Source: an uncultured Pseudomonadota bacterium
GTDB taxonomy: Bacteria; Pseudomonadota; Alphaproteobacteria; Rs-D84
NCBI GenBank assembly: GCA_902784345.1
Contig: CACZUD010000003.1
Span: forward strand, 27,876 to 91,875
Direction: 5' to 3'
Length of the DNA: 64,000 nucleotides
Of the stretch, positions 10,133 to 19,341 are shown piece after piece. Under the pieces are notes generated by a model. That model saw nothing but the letters and a program-made list of their open reading frames with translations, ran no database searches and had not been told where the DNA came from. Made by a program: the position numbers and the translations under genes. How positions within the stretch are numbered: position 1 is the stretch's first letter; each line of letters opens with the position of its first letter.

Positions 10133-10207
10133 TGGCAGCCCCAATGGGAATCGAACCCATATTGTCAGAATGAGAATCTGGTGTCCTAACCGTTAGACGA
10201 TAGGGCC
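10133..10207 (-). tRNA. tRNA-Glu (anticodon CUC), CCA encoded
   Basis: Hand-folded cloverleaf: GGCCCTA/TGGGGCT acceptor, GTC..GAC D stem, anticodon loop TTCTCAT, T arm ATGGG-TTCGATT-CCCAT. Arm-by-arm parallel to E. coli tRNA-Glu. Confidence 0.85.
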
Positions 10208-10301
10208 TTTGTGTGAAAACATTTTAATATCAACGTGTTCGTGTTATCAAGAAAAAAATCAGTCTTTTTATTCTTTATTGTTTTTTCCAATAATGAAAAT
10301 A

Positions 10302-10742
10302 TCATCTGCCAGATTTCGAAAAATCGTTCATTGCCAAACCCAAATTGTTATGAATGTGATTTTTTTCATGTTGTAATATAGTACGATTGGCCTGAATCAA
10401 AGAAACGAATGTTTGCGCATAAGAATTTTTATTTATAAATTTACTGCGCATTCTTAAAACTGGTTTCAATCTATAATCGTGTAAATAGTGACTGTAATGC
10501 AAGGTTGGATACAAACCATTACGATTAAACAAATATGTTACAAAATCGCATTCTTTGATGTCTTCAAAAACATAGTACCAATAATGCCGCCCATTTGCAG
10601 CGTACAAATGCGACACATCTGTCGCCATATATGCCAACAATTCTGCATCATTTAATAAATCGGTTTTTGTGTTATTATTAATCTTTTCTTCTTTTTGTTT
10701 TGCAGATATACCATAACAGTGTTTTTTATCAAAAAATCTCAT
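10302..10742 (-). CDS. hypothetical protein
   Basis: ORF between two tRNA genes. The first ATG gives MRFFDKKH. His/Tyr-rich, no family recognised. Confidence 0.45.
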   Translation of the reverse strand: MRFFDKKHCYGISAKQKEEKINNNTKTDLLNDAELLAYMATDVSHLYAANGRHYWYYVFEDIKECDFVTYLFNRNGLYPTLHYSHYLHDYRLKPVLRMRSKFINKNSYAQTFVSLIQANRTILQHEKNHIHNNLGLAMNDFSKSGR

Positions 10743-10937
10743 GTGTTGCCCTCTAAAAAAAATCACAATCGGCAACTATATATATAAAAAATTTTTTTTG
10801 CAACAGTTTTTTTTTAGAAATGTATTCCTCTTGTGAAATACTTGTTTTTGCTTGCTCATAGTTGAACCAGTTTTGCCAAAGCTTTGTATTTTTATTCGCT
10901 GGAATGCGCTACGTGTCCTTGATAAACAATAACCAAC

Positions 10938-11048
10938 CGCTGGGCAAAAACTCTATTAAAAATATCCGTTTTTGCGCGGTTGCTAATTGTTCGTCTGCGT
11001 ATTGGTCATGCGCCCTTGCGGGCTCTGACCGATCCGTGCGCCCAGGAA
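10938..11048. ncRNA. candidate structured RNA (nested GC-rich helices; strand and identity unknown)
   Basis: Locally GC-rich with nested complementary pairs: CTGGGC/GCCCAG, GCGCGG/CCGTGC, GGTCA/TGACC, GCCC-TTGC-GGGC. It sits directly next to a hairpin terminator. Confidence 0.2.
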
Positions 11049-11052
11049 TAAA

Positions 11053-11080
11053 TAAAAACACCCAAAAGGGTGTTTTTGTT
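11053..11080. terminator. hairpin terminator downstream of tRNA-Gln (also usable on the + strand)
   Basis: acaccc-aaaa-gggtgt, flanked by A-run and T-run. Confidence 0.6.
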
Positions 11081-11085
11081 TATTC

Positions 11086-11159
11086 TGGTTGGAGCGCACG
11101 GATTCGAACCATGATAAAGAGAACCAAAATCTCTTGTCCTACCATTAGACGACGCTCCA
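11086..11159 (-). tRNA. tRNA-Gln (anticodon UUG), CCA encoded
   Basis: TGGAGCG/CGCTCCA acceptor with U1-A72, anticodon arm AGAGA-TTTTGGT-TCTCT, T arm CATGG-TTCGAAT-CCGTG. Confidence 0.85.
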
Positions 11160-11217
11160 AGGACTGTGGTTATTATATATGTCTTTTGTTTTTTTTCAAT
11201 AAAAAAATACAATTGTA

Positions 11218-11676
11218 TTATTTTTGCAATTCTTTTCTGATTTCCATCAAAATTTTGCCAATACGATTTGTGCCGCTGCCTTCGCCAAAGCCACATTTAT
11301 AACATATTGCACAAGATTTTATCAGTGTTGCATTGCCTGTGCCTTTTAACAATTCGGCAGCACCAGGATTTTGTGCAAATTTTGCACGTAATCCGTTTTC
11401 CATAATATCAAATTTGTTTTTATCAAAATCAGGTCTGCGGTTTATTTTATATTCGGCTGTTTTTGTTAACAATCGTGCGTCATCAGGATTAGACAGCCCT
11501 AAAATCACATTAAAACGGGGGTCGCATGCGAAAAACTTCATCGCTTGGTAATAATGTTCAACCGAAGGAAAAACATAATCTTTGCCATCAACAGACATTT
11601 TTATTGGGAATTTGGCCAACGGACTTAAAAACCAATATTCCCCGTCAGGCGTACAAAATCTAATTTCTTGTGGCAT
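11218..11676 (-). CDS. NADAR (YbiA/DUF1768) family protein
   Basis: FLSPLAKFPI...DGKDYVFPSVEHYYQAMKF...LGLSNPDDARLL...LRAKFAQNPGAAELLKGTG matches the conserved NADAR core. Confidence 0.75.
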   Translation of the reverse strand: MPQEIRFCTPDGEYWFLSPLAKFPIKMSVDGKDYVFPSVEHYYQAMKFFACDPRFNVILGLSNPDDARLLTKTAEYKINRRPDFDKNKFDIMENGLRAKFAQNPGAAELLKGTGNATLIKSCAICYKCGFGEGSGTNRIGKILMEIRKELQK

Positions 11677-11765
11677 ATTTGACCTTTTTATTTTGTTTGA
11701 TGATAGCGCGGGGTGTCGAGTTTTGCAAATTTTTTTTAATTATTAAATTTTTTAATATTTATTAC

Positions 11766-11793
11766 TTGACTTTATTCTTAATAAATATATAAT
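11766..11793 (+). promoter_or_regulatory. near-consensus sigma70 promoter of the marR-efflux operon
   Basis: TTGACT, 16-nt spacer, TATAAT, about 45 nt upstream of the MarR start. Confidence 0.5.
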
Positions 11794-11836
11794 TGTTAAA
11801 GTTTTTAATGAAAATAATCACAAAAAGGTCTGTTTT

Positions 11837-12286
11837 ATGACACATGCAGAAGTAACAAATTTAATGGCTGAAAATATGCGCATTATGGGACGATTGTCCA
11901 GCAGATTACAGCCATTGTTGGAAGAAAATTCTAATTTTTCACGTCAGCAAATGTCTGTTTTGGTGCGCCTTTATCTGGCTGGTAAAATCAAACTGAAAGA
12001 TTTTGCAAGTCGCGAAGTAATTTCTACGGCAAATCTTTGTGCTGTTTTTCGTAAACTGGAACAAGATAAATTGGTTGTTCGTACTGTTGATGAAAATGAC
12101 CGTCGTGATATGTGGTATGAAGTTACTAGATCAGGTAAAAATTTGGCAGAAAAATTAATAGATAAATTTATGCAAGGATTAGAATCTTTGTGCAAAGTTT
12201 TGCCAGAAGAAGATGAAGAAAAATTGGCAGAAACAGTTAAAACTGTAAATGTAATTCTTAAAAAAATGGAGTTGTTAAATGCGTAA
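11837..12286 (+). CDS. MarR-family transcriptional regulator
   Basis: 149 aa. Winged-HTH region QQMSVLVRLYLAGKIKLKDFASREVISTANLCAVFRKLEQDKLVVRTVDENDRRD. Confidence 0.8.
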   Translation: MTHAEVTNLMAENMRIMGRLSSRLQPLLEENSNFSRQQMSVLVRLYLAGKIKLKDFASREVISTANLCAVFRKLEQDKLVVRTVDENDRRDMWYEVTRSGKNLAEKLIDKFMQGLESLCKVLPEEDEEKLAETVKTVNVILKKMELLNA

Positions 12287-13592
12287 ATTATTTAGTGTTT
12301 TATTGTGTACATTGATGGTTATTCCAAATGCTTTTGCATTGGATTTATCGTTCGATGAAGCGGTTGATAAAATTGTTGCTGAATCTAACGATTTGAAAAA
12401 GGCAGATGCCAATGTTAAAAAGGCCCAGGCACAATTGAAATCTGTAAATGCAAATCGTTGGATGTCTATCGAAGGAACAGCAACATATATAAATTTAATT
12501 GATCCAAAAAATCCAACCAGTTCCAAAGGTGTTGAAATACCGTCTGACATTGGCGCGCTTTTGAATCGTTCTTTGCCGTTTCCACTTAGTGAAATCCCAG
12601 ATAACGTGTTTTCTGCGGGTGTTCAGGTAACACAACCTATTTATACTTTTGGAAAAATAGGAAATGCTGTTGACGCAATGCATGATGCAATTGATATGTC
12701 TAAATCTGCCAAAGATTTAACTATGCGCGAAGTGAAATATGCAGCGGCAAATCTTTATTGGACTGCAAAAATGACAGATGAAATTGTTGCGGCAAGTCAA
12801 AGAAACCTTGATAATGCACGTGCCGCTAAAAAGAAATTAACAGCGGCAGGTCGTGCAAATCGAAGTAATTTAATCAAGATTGAATCAGATATTGCAACCA
12901 AAGAAATTAATTTATCTGATGCCATGTTTGACAGGGATACTGCGTATAATATGTTGAAAATCATGGCTGGTATTGATGAAAATGAAGAAGTTGTTTTAAC
13001 TGACAATTTCCCAGATACTTTTGAAGAATTAAATGCGAAAGAATTAAAATCAAATCCACAGTGGGATATTTATCAAAAGCAAATAAAAATGTATGAATCT
13101 AATGCGTCATCTAAACGTTCTGGCGCGTACCCAACATTGGCAGCGGTTGGTTCGTATTCTTACTATGCTTTGGGAAATAATGTCGGAAACATGTTTGATA
13201 AAGAAGGTTCGCAATCTGCATATTGGGGATTGGCGTTAAAGATGCCTTTGTTCAGTGGCGGTCTTCATTCTGCAAATGCAACCATAGAAGCAATGAATGC
13301 AGAAGTTGCACATCAAGAATTAGATAAATCACAAAAATTAACCCGTCAAGAATATAATACTGCGGTAAATAAATATAAACATCTTTGTGATAATTTGGAC
13401 AAATTAAATGAAGCGCATGCTTTGGCACAAAAGGCATATGATGTGTCTGCTAATCGTTTCGCTGCGGGTCAAACATCTGCGATTGAATTGTCTGATGTGT
13501 CCGGGGCATTATATCAAATGGATATGGCGTTATTAAGCGCAAAATACAATATTTTAATGGCGGCAGAATCTGTGAAAAAATTAGGTGAATAA
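12279..13592 (+). CDS. TolC-family outer-membrane efflux protein
   Basis: Signal peptide, two-repeat coiled-coil/beta architecture, 437 aa. The start overlaps the marR stop. It lies upstream of the RND pump. Confidence 0.75.
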   Translation: MRKLFSVLLCTLMVIPNAFALDLSFDEAVDKIVAESNDLKKADANVKKAQAQLKSVNANRWMSIEGTATYINLIDPKNPTSSKGVEIPSDIGALLNRSLPFPLSEIPDNVFSAGVQVTQPIYTFGKIGNAVDAMHDAIDMSKSAKDLTMREVKYAAANLYWTAKMTDEIVAASQRNLDNARAAKKKLTAAGRANRSNLIKIESDIATKEINLSDAMFDRDTAYNMLKIMAGIDENEEVVLTDNFPDTFEELNAKELKSNPQWDIYQKQIKMYESNASSKRSGAYPTLAAVGSYSYYALGNNVGNMFDKEGSQSAYWGLALKMPLFSGGLHSANATIEAMNAEVAHQELDKSQKLTRQEYNTAVNKYKHLCDNLDKLNEAHALAQKAYDVSANRFAAGQTSAIELSDVSGALYQMDMALLSAKYNILMAAESVKKLGE

Positions 13593-13593
13593 A

Positions 13594-14220
13594 ATGGCAA
13601 AATTAACTAAAACTGAAAGAATCGAAAACGTTGTAAAAAGACTGCATACACGTAAGTCGAAAAATGTTATTTATACGATAATTGTTGTTTTGATTGTGGC
13701 GGTGTTTGCGTACCGTTTCTGGTCTGTATCAAATGAAAATAATTTTGAAGTGTTTAATATTGTTAGACACAATGCGCAAAATGGTGTTCCTGTGCGTGTG
13801 TTGGAAATGCAAAAAACAGATGGTGTTTTGTATGAACCATTAACAATCAAAAATAATCGTGCTTTTGTTTCTGGCGTTCGTTTGTCTGCTTTCAAAGAGG
13901 GACAAAAAGTTGGTAACTGTAAAATTATTTCTGTATCGCAAAATATAGATTTAGATACTGGTATGCATGTGGTAAGAACATCTGGATGTGCGGACGGTTT
14001 GCAATACGCAGAAAATAAAAAGAACGGTTTTTATGTGCCTGTATCTGCACTGAATGGTAACAGCGTCTTTGTTGTTGAAAACGGAATTGCACAATCACGT
14101 GAAATTGTAATTGAAAATCGTGATTTAGAAAATGCATTGATAAAATCTGGTGTAAACGCTGGTGATATTGTCATATTGTCCAGTGTTCAAAACGGTGAAA
14201 AAATTAAAATAGAACAATAA
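13594..14220 (+). CDS. short efflux periplasmic adaptor-like protein (N-terminal TM anchor, beta-barrel/MP-like region only)
   Basis: AGGTGA RBS 5 nt upstream of the ATG. TM segment VIYTIIVVLIVAVFAY. C-terminal YVPVSALNGNSVFVVENGIAQSREIVIE...GVNAGDIVILSS resembles the conserved C-terminal part of RND membrane-fusion proteins. No room for the alpha-hairpin. Confidence 0.5.
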   Translation: MAKLTKTERIENVVKRLHTRKSKNVIYTIIVVLIVAVFAYRFWSVSNENNFEVFNIVRHNAQNGVPVRVLEMQKTDGVLYEPLTIKNNRAFVSGVRLSAFKEGQKVGNCKIISVSQNIDLDTGMHVVRTSGCADGLQYAENKKNGFYVPVSALNGNSVFVVENGIAQSREIVIENRDLENALIKSGVNAGDIVILSSVQNGEKIKIEQ

Positions 14221-14234
14221 AAAGGAAATCAGAT

Positions 14235-17200
14235 ATGTTAAAATTCTTTATTCGTAGACCTGTTACAACAATAATGTTCGTTTTGTTTTTTGTAATATTA
14301 GGATTGGTGTCTTTTCCAAAAATGAACGTAGAAAGAACACCGTCTGTTGATTTCCCATATGTAACAGCAACCTTTGTATATCCTGGCGCAACCCCAGAAG
14401 AAATCGAAAGTCAGGTTGTAAAGAAAGCAGAAAACGCAATGTCAGAAGTAGCGGGTGTGAAAAAAATTACATCCCAAGTTTTTGAAAATTCTGCGTTTGT
14501 TATTTCTGAATTTAATCTGGGGGTCAATGTAGATGACAAGGCAAATGAAGTAAAAGCAAAGATAGATGGTTTGGCTAATGATTTTCCTGATGATTTAAAA
14601 CAACCTGTTATTGCAAAATTAAATCCATTGCAAACATCTGTTTTAGATATTGTTATCAAAGGTGGCAACCCAAGGGATGTTGATAAATATGTAAAAGATA
14701 CTCTTTCAAATAAAATTACTTCAGTCAAAGGTGTTGCTTCGGTTAATACTTTTGGTGGATTGCAACGTGCGGTTCGTATTGCAATGGATCCAGATTTAAT
14801 GGCGGCACGTGGTGTTACAATTAATGATATTGTAAGTGCGATTGCAACACATAACTTGAATGTGCCAGGCGGAAAAATAGAAACATCAACTAATTCTGAA
14901 AACGTTCGTTTTATCGGTGAATTTAAAAATGTAGAAGAAATCGCAGATCTTGAAATCACAACTGTCGAAGGCGAAACTTTCAAATTGTCCGATGTTGCGG
15001 GCATCACAGATGCATCACGCGATGTTGAAAAAGGTGCGCTTTATAACGGGGAAAACGTAGTGGTTTTGTCTGTTGTTAAAGCATCAGACGGTAATGCAAT
15101 TAAAATTTCACGCGCATTGAATAAAAAAATGCATGAATTTGAAAGTGAATTGCAAACAAAATTCCCTGATGCCACAATGCAAATAGTGTCTGATTCTTCT
15201 ATTCACATTTTACAAGAAACAAATGACACGATTTATGGGATTATTTTAGGGGTTATATTCACGATTATTGTGTTGTTAGCATTTACGCGCAATTGGCGTT
15301 CAACTGTTATTGCTGGTGTCGTGATTCCTGCTTCTTTGTTGGCTGGTTTCTTCCTTATGGATGAATCAGGTTTTACAATCAACGCGATGACTTTGTTGGC
15401 GTATGCGACAGCACTTGGAACATTGGTGTCAAATGCGATTATTTTGATTGAATCTGCACTTTCTGAATTGCGTGCAGGCAAAACACCAGATCAAGCCGCA
15501 GAAGATGGAACACGTAAAGTGGCTGTACCGGTATTGGCAGGTGTTGGAACAAATGTCGTTGTGTTCTTGCCTTTGGCATTTATGGGTGGAATTGTTGGAC
15601 AATTTATGTTGCAATTCGGTATGACTGTTGTGTATTTGACTTTGTTGTCTTTGTTGTTCTCGTTCACTTTGACACCAATGATGATTGCAAAATTATTAAG
15701 ATTGCCACGTAAACAACAAACAAAACAAGATATCAAAGAAATCAAAGAACATAATGATAAAACACGTTTGCATTCTTGGTATAAATATCAAATTGCTCAT
15801 CCTTTTATTGTAATTGTGGGTGCATTTGCAGTGTTGATATTATCATCCAGATTGATGGGATATGTCGGGAACGAATTTTCGCCATCTACCGATGCAAATG
15901 AAATAACAATTACTGCGCGTGCGCCAATGGGCAGTGTTTATGCAAAATCGGAATCGATTGCGCGTGAAATAGACAAACGCGTCAAAGAATTCCCAGAAGT
16001 TAAGGCTACCACAATAAAAATCGGTGACAAAGGATTACAAAATATAAATGTAAAAGTAGAATTGGTAGATGTGGAAAAACGTGGTATCAGTGATAAAAGG
16101 TTAGCGCAAAAAATGTTACCTGTATTATCTGATATTGTGGATGCAGAAATTCAAATTCGTGCTGGTGAAGCAATCAGTGGTTCTGCAATCAGTTCTGATA
16201 TGGTATTAAATATTTATGGTGAAGATGATGCAAAACGTAATGCATACGCGAATCAAATATTGAATATGATAAATAATATTGATGCAGTGCAAAGTGCGGT
16301 TTTGGCACAACAAATCCCAAGCAACGAAATTCGTTTTATTCCAGACACTGAAAAAATGAATTTCTGGGGTGTAAAAAATGCCCAAGCGGGTTCAACATTG
16401 CGTACAGCATTATTTGGAAATGATTCTTATAAGTATAAAGAAAAAGGCGATGAATACCCGATGATTTTGGAATTTGAAAAACAATTCAAAAAACAATCTA
16501 TGTTTGACAGTGTTTATGTAAATTCTCACAAGGGCATGGTTGCGCTTTCGCAACTTGGTACATTGGAAAATACACCTGCGACATCAAATATTTATCGTTT
16601 AAATAAAAATCGTGTTACAGAAATAGATATAAATATTGGAAAATCTACGACAGGTCCTGTCCAGGCACAAATACAAAAGCAATTGGATACAATAAATTGG
16701 GAACCGGGTTATGGTACATCTTTTGCGGGTATGTCTGAAATCCAAGAAGAATCAACCGCTGAAATTGCACAGGCGTTTTTATTGGCGACAATATTAACAT
16801 TTATGTTGTTGGCGGCAATTATGAATTCGTTTATACACCCATTTACAATTGCGACATCCATTATTACCAGTTTCGCAGGTGTGTTTGTTGCGTTGTTCTT
16901 GTCTGGTGCTTCATTTAACGTTGGTGCAATGTTAGCATTCATTATGTTGGTTGGTTTGGTGGTTAATAATAACATTTTGGTGTTGGAACCAACTGTGGCG
17001 CGCGTTCAACGTGGCGAAGATGCACAAAAAGTATTATGGGAAGAAATGATGGATAAAAAGCGTATGATTTGGATGACAACAATTGCTGTTGTTGCCGGTA
17101 TGGTACCACAATTGTGGTCAAACGACGGAATGAAAGTCGCAATGGGTGCGGTTATGATTGGTGGAATGATTGCGTCATTAATCTGGACATTTACTTTAAC

Positions 17201-17258
17201 ACCATCGTTGTTTTTTGTTATGGAAAAATTACGTAAAAAAATATATAAATTAAAATAG
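14235..17258 (+). CDS. RND efflux transporter permease (AcrB/AcrD/AcrF family)
   Basis: 1007 aa, 12-TM two-fold repeat with large periplasmic loops. N-terminus MLKFFIRRPVTTIMFVLFFVILG. Confidence 0.9.
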   Translation: MLKFFIRRPVTTIMFVLFFVILGLVSFPKMNVERTPSVDFPYVTATFVYPGATPEEIESQVVKKAENAMSEVAGVKKITSQVFENSAFVISEFNLGVNVDDKANEVKAKIDGLANDFPDDLKQPVIAKLNPLQTSVLDIVIKGGNPRDVDKYVKDTLSNKITSVKGVASVNTFGGLQRAVRIAMDPDLMAARGVTINDIVSAIATHNLNVPGGKIETSTNSENVRFIGEFKNVEEIADLEITTVEGETFKLSDVAGITDASRDVEKGALYNGENVVVLSVVKASDGNAIKISRALNKKMHEFESELQTKFPDATMQIVSDSSIHILQETNDTIYGIILGVIFTIIVLLAFTRNWRSTVIAGVVIPASLLAGFFLMDESGFTINAMTLLAYATALGTLVSNAIILIESALSELRAGKTPDQAAEDGTRKVAVPVLAGVGTNVVVFLPLAFMGGIVGQFMLQFGMTVVYLTLLSLLFSFTLTPMMIAKLLRLPRKQQTKQDIKEIKEHNDKTRLHSWYKYQIAHPFIVIVGAFAVLILSSRLMGYVGNEFSPSTDANEITITARAPMGSVYAKSESIAREIDKRVKEFPEVKATTIKIGDKGLQNINVKVELVDVEKRGISDKRLAQKMLPVLSDIVDAEIQIRAGEAISGSAISSDMVLNIYGEDDAKRNAYANQILNMINNIDAVQSAVLAQQIPSNEIRFIPDTEKMNFWGVKNAQAGSTLRTALFGNDSYKYKEKGDEYPMILEFEKQFKKQSMFDSVYVNSHKGMVALSQLGTLENTPATSNIYRLNKNRVTEIDINIGKSTTGPVQAQIQKQLDTINWEPGYGTSFAGMSEIQEESTAEIAQAFLLATILTFMLLAAIMNSFIHPFTIATSIITSFAGVFVALFLSGASFNVGAMLAFIMLVGLVVNNNILVLEPTVARVQRGEDAQKVLWEEMMDKKRMIWMTTIAVVAGMVPQLWSNDGMKVAMGAVMIGGMIASLIWTFTLTPSLFFVMEKLRKKIYKLK

Positions 17259-17279
17259 CGTGTTAGTTAAAGGTATAAA

Positions 17280-17876
17280 ATGTTACAGAAAAAAAATATA
17301 GTGGTATTTGATTTTGATGGGACGCTTTCTGCATCAGATTCTAATTATGAATTTTTTAAGTATAGTTTTAAACATTCAAAGCGTCCTTGGGCTTTTGTTC
17401 CATGTGTGATTGCTGGTTTAATTGGCGCAAAACTAAATCATGATGGTATTTGGTGGCGCGAAACAATTCGTAATTTTATAACCCCAAAAATGGTTCGTGA
17501 TTTTACACCAAACGTTGTAAAAATGCATAAAAAGAATCGTTTTGGTTGGGCAAAAGATATGGTAAAAAAAGAACACGACAAAGGAAATTTGGTTGTGTTG
17601 GTTTCTGCATCGCCAGATTATCTGATACCACATCTGGTAAGCGATATGAAATTTGATGCGGTTTTATGTTCACAAATGGACAAAGAAAAACCATATAAAT
17701 ATAAGTTTTTATGCTGGGGACAAAACAAAGTGATTGCGTTGGACAAATGGGCGATGGAACATAAAATAATTCCAAATGTTGTTCGTGCTTATTCAGACAG
17801 TTTATCTGATATGCCGATAATGGAAATCGCAAAAGAACAAGTTTGGATTGACCCAAAAACAGGTTTGCGAAAATAA
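17280..17876 (+). CDS. HAD-IB family hydrolase
   Basis: Motif I VVFDFDGTLS, motif II VLVSASP, motif IV AYSDSLSDMPIM. Confidence 0.7.
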   Translation: MLQKKNIVVFDFDGTLSASDSNYEFFKYSFKHSKRPWAFVPCVIAGLIGAKLNHDGIWWRETIRNFITPKMVRDFTPNVVKMHKKNRFGWAKDMVKKEHDKGNLVVLVSASPDYLIPHLVSDMKFDAVLCSQMDKEKPYKYKFLCWGQNKVIALDKWAMEHKIIPNVVRAYSDSLSDMPIMEIAKEQVWIDPKTGLRK

Positions 17877-17909
17877 TAAAAAAACACCGGCATTTGCCGG
17901 TGTTTTTTT
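17877..17909. terminator. bidirectional rho-independent terminator (HAD gene / rmuC)
   Basis: acaccgg-catttg-ccggtgt, flanked by A-run and T-run. Confidence 0.75.
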
Positions 17910-18786
17910 AATCTTCTCCGAAATCCATGTCGCGAAGTTTTTCCGCGCGTGGCGTTATTTTTGAAATGGAAGTTTCAAGGTCTGCCATATCTTTTTGTGC
18001 CAGTGTAAAATGTTGGTCAACTTTTGCGGCGCGATCATTAAGGCGCGACAGGTCTGTTAATAATAAATCAAGTTCGCGTTTAATTTTGCCTGCAACCCGT
18101 TTTATTTTTATATCAGATAAAACCGCACGGATTGTGTTCAATGTCGCCCACAGTGTTGCTGGCGATACTATAAACACTTTTTTGTGTGCGGCATATTCTA
18201 TTGTGTCTGGAAACATTGTATGTAATTCCATAAATATAGATTCAGAAGCAATAAACATCATTGCGCTTTCTGCTGTTACGCCAGAGATAATGTATTTTTC
18301 TGCGATCGCGTCAATGTGTTTACGAACGTCCAATTCAAATTGCTTGCGCGCGAAACCGTCGTTCTTGTTTTCCAGTATGCGATTATAACTTTCCAGTGGA
18401 AATTTACTGTCAATTATCATATCCCCGGGTGGATAGGGCAATCTGATTACACAGTCAGGACGAACGCCGGTTGATAAAACGCTTTGAAAGGCATAGGTTT
18501 CTGGTGGCATGATATCACGAACCAAATCTTCCAGTTGTCTTTCACCAAAAGTGCCGCGCGCCTGTTTGTTGCCCATTAAAATATCTTTGAAATTCGCAAT
18601 ATCAGAACTGATATTTTTCAACTCGATTGCATTTTGCGACAACATACCCAATCTTTCAGCCAATCTTTCGCGCAGGCGTGCGTTATCTTCGCGAAGCGTC
18701 GACAAATCTATTGTGTTTTTTCGAAAAATCAGCACCAATAAAAGCACTGTGATAATAATCAAAAGGATTAAAATATAGGTTGTCAT
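17908..18786 (-). CDS. rmuC: DNA recombination protein RmuC
   Basis: N-terminal TM segment, coiled coil, then the RmuC core GERQLEDLVRDIMP...PDCVIRLPYPPGDMIIDSKFPLESY. Confidence 0.8.
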   Translation of the reverse strand: MTTYILILLIIITVLLLVLIFRKNTIDLSTLREDNARLRERLAERLGMLSQNAIELKNISSDIANFKDILMGNKQARGTFGERQLEDLVRDIMPPETYAFQSVLSTGVRPDCVIRLPYPPGDMIIDSKFPLESYNRILENKNDGFARKQFELDVRKHIDAIAEKYIISGVTAESAMMFIASESIFMELHTMFPDTIEYAAHKKVFIVSPATLWATLNTIRAVLSDIKIKRVAGKIKRELDLLLTDLSRLNDRAAKVDQHFTLAQKDMADLETSISKITPRAEKLRDMDFGED

Positions 18787-18837
18787 TTGAAATTCCTTTG
18801 CTAATATCTATATAAAGATTATAAAAAGGTTTTATAA

Positions 18838-19341
18838 ATGTTGCAAATGAAACTTTGCGGGGATTTAGTGTTGCGCGAAAAATGTTCGCCTGTGGCGGAC
18901 ATTACGCCAGAATTGCTGAATACCATGAATGAAATGGTAAATATGATGCAAGCGCAAAATGGCGTTGGGCTTGCTGCGCCCCAGGTTGGTATTACGCAAA
19001 GATTTCTGGTTATGATGGACCCTGACACCAATGAAATATATCGTATGATAAACCCGACAATTTTATCAAAAAGCGATGAAACCGTCGTTATGGAAGAGGG
19101 CTGCTTGTCTGTTCTTGGTCCTGACGGTTTGCCTGTTTATTCCAATGTTCGTCGCCCATCTTCTGTGGTTGTTGAATGGACAAATGAAACCGGTGATAAA
19201 TTAAGTGCACAAATGTCTGGTGTGCCTGCGCGCATAGTGCAACATGAAACAGACCATTTGGATGGTGTTTTGTTTATTGATTATTTATCAGGTGTAAAAC
19301 GCGAAATGTTAATGCGCAAAGTTAATCGGGGGCATAAATAA
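18838..19341 (+). CDS. def: peptide deformylase
   Basis: The three PDF motifs: GVGLAAPQ, EGCLS, QHETDHL. Confidence 0.93.
   Translation: MLQMKLCGDLVLREKCSPVADITPELLNTMNEMVNMMQAQNGVGLAAPQVGITQRFLVMMDPDTNEIYRMINPTILSKSDETVVMEEGCLSVLGPDGLPVYSNVRRPSSVVVEWTNETGDKLSAQMSGVPARIVQHETDHLDGVLFIDYLSGVKREMLMRKVNRGHK

Noticed and set aside
10938-11048. Assignment of the structured element as SRP (4.5S) RNA
   Set aside because: The minus strand gives a GNRA-capped helix (GGTCAGAGCCC-GCAA-GGGCGCATGACC) vaguely like SRP domain IV. But the conserved GGAA/AGCA loop motifs are absent and the two arms are very unequal in length. I kept it only as an unassigned candidate RNA.
10862-11302. 146-aa plus-strand ORF
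   Set aside because: It reads straight through the terminator hairpin and the complement of tRNA-Gln, and overlaps the NADAR gene end. It is not credible as a coding sequence.
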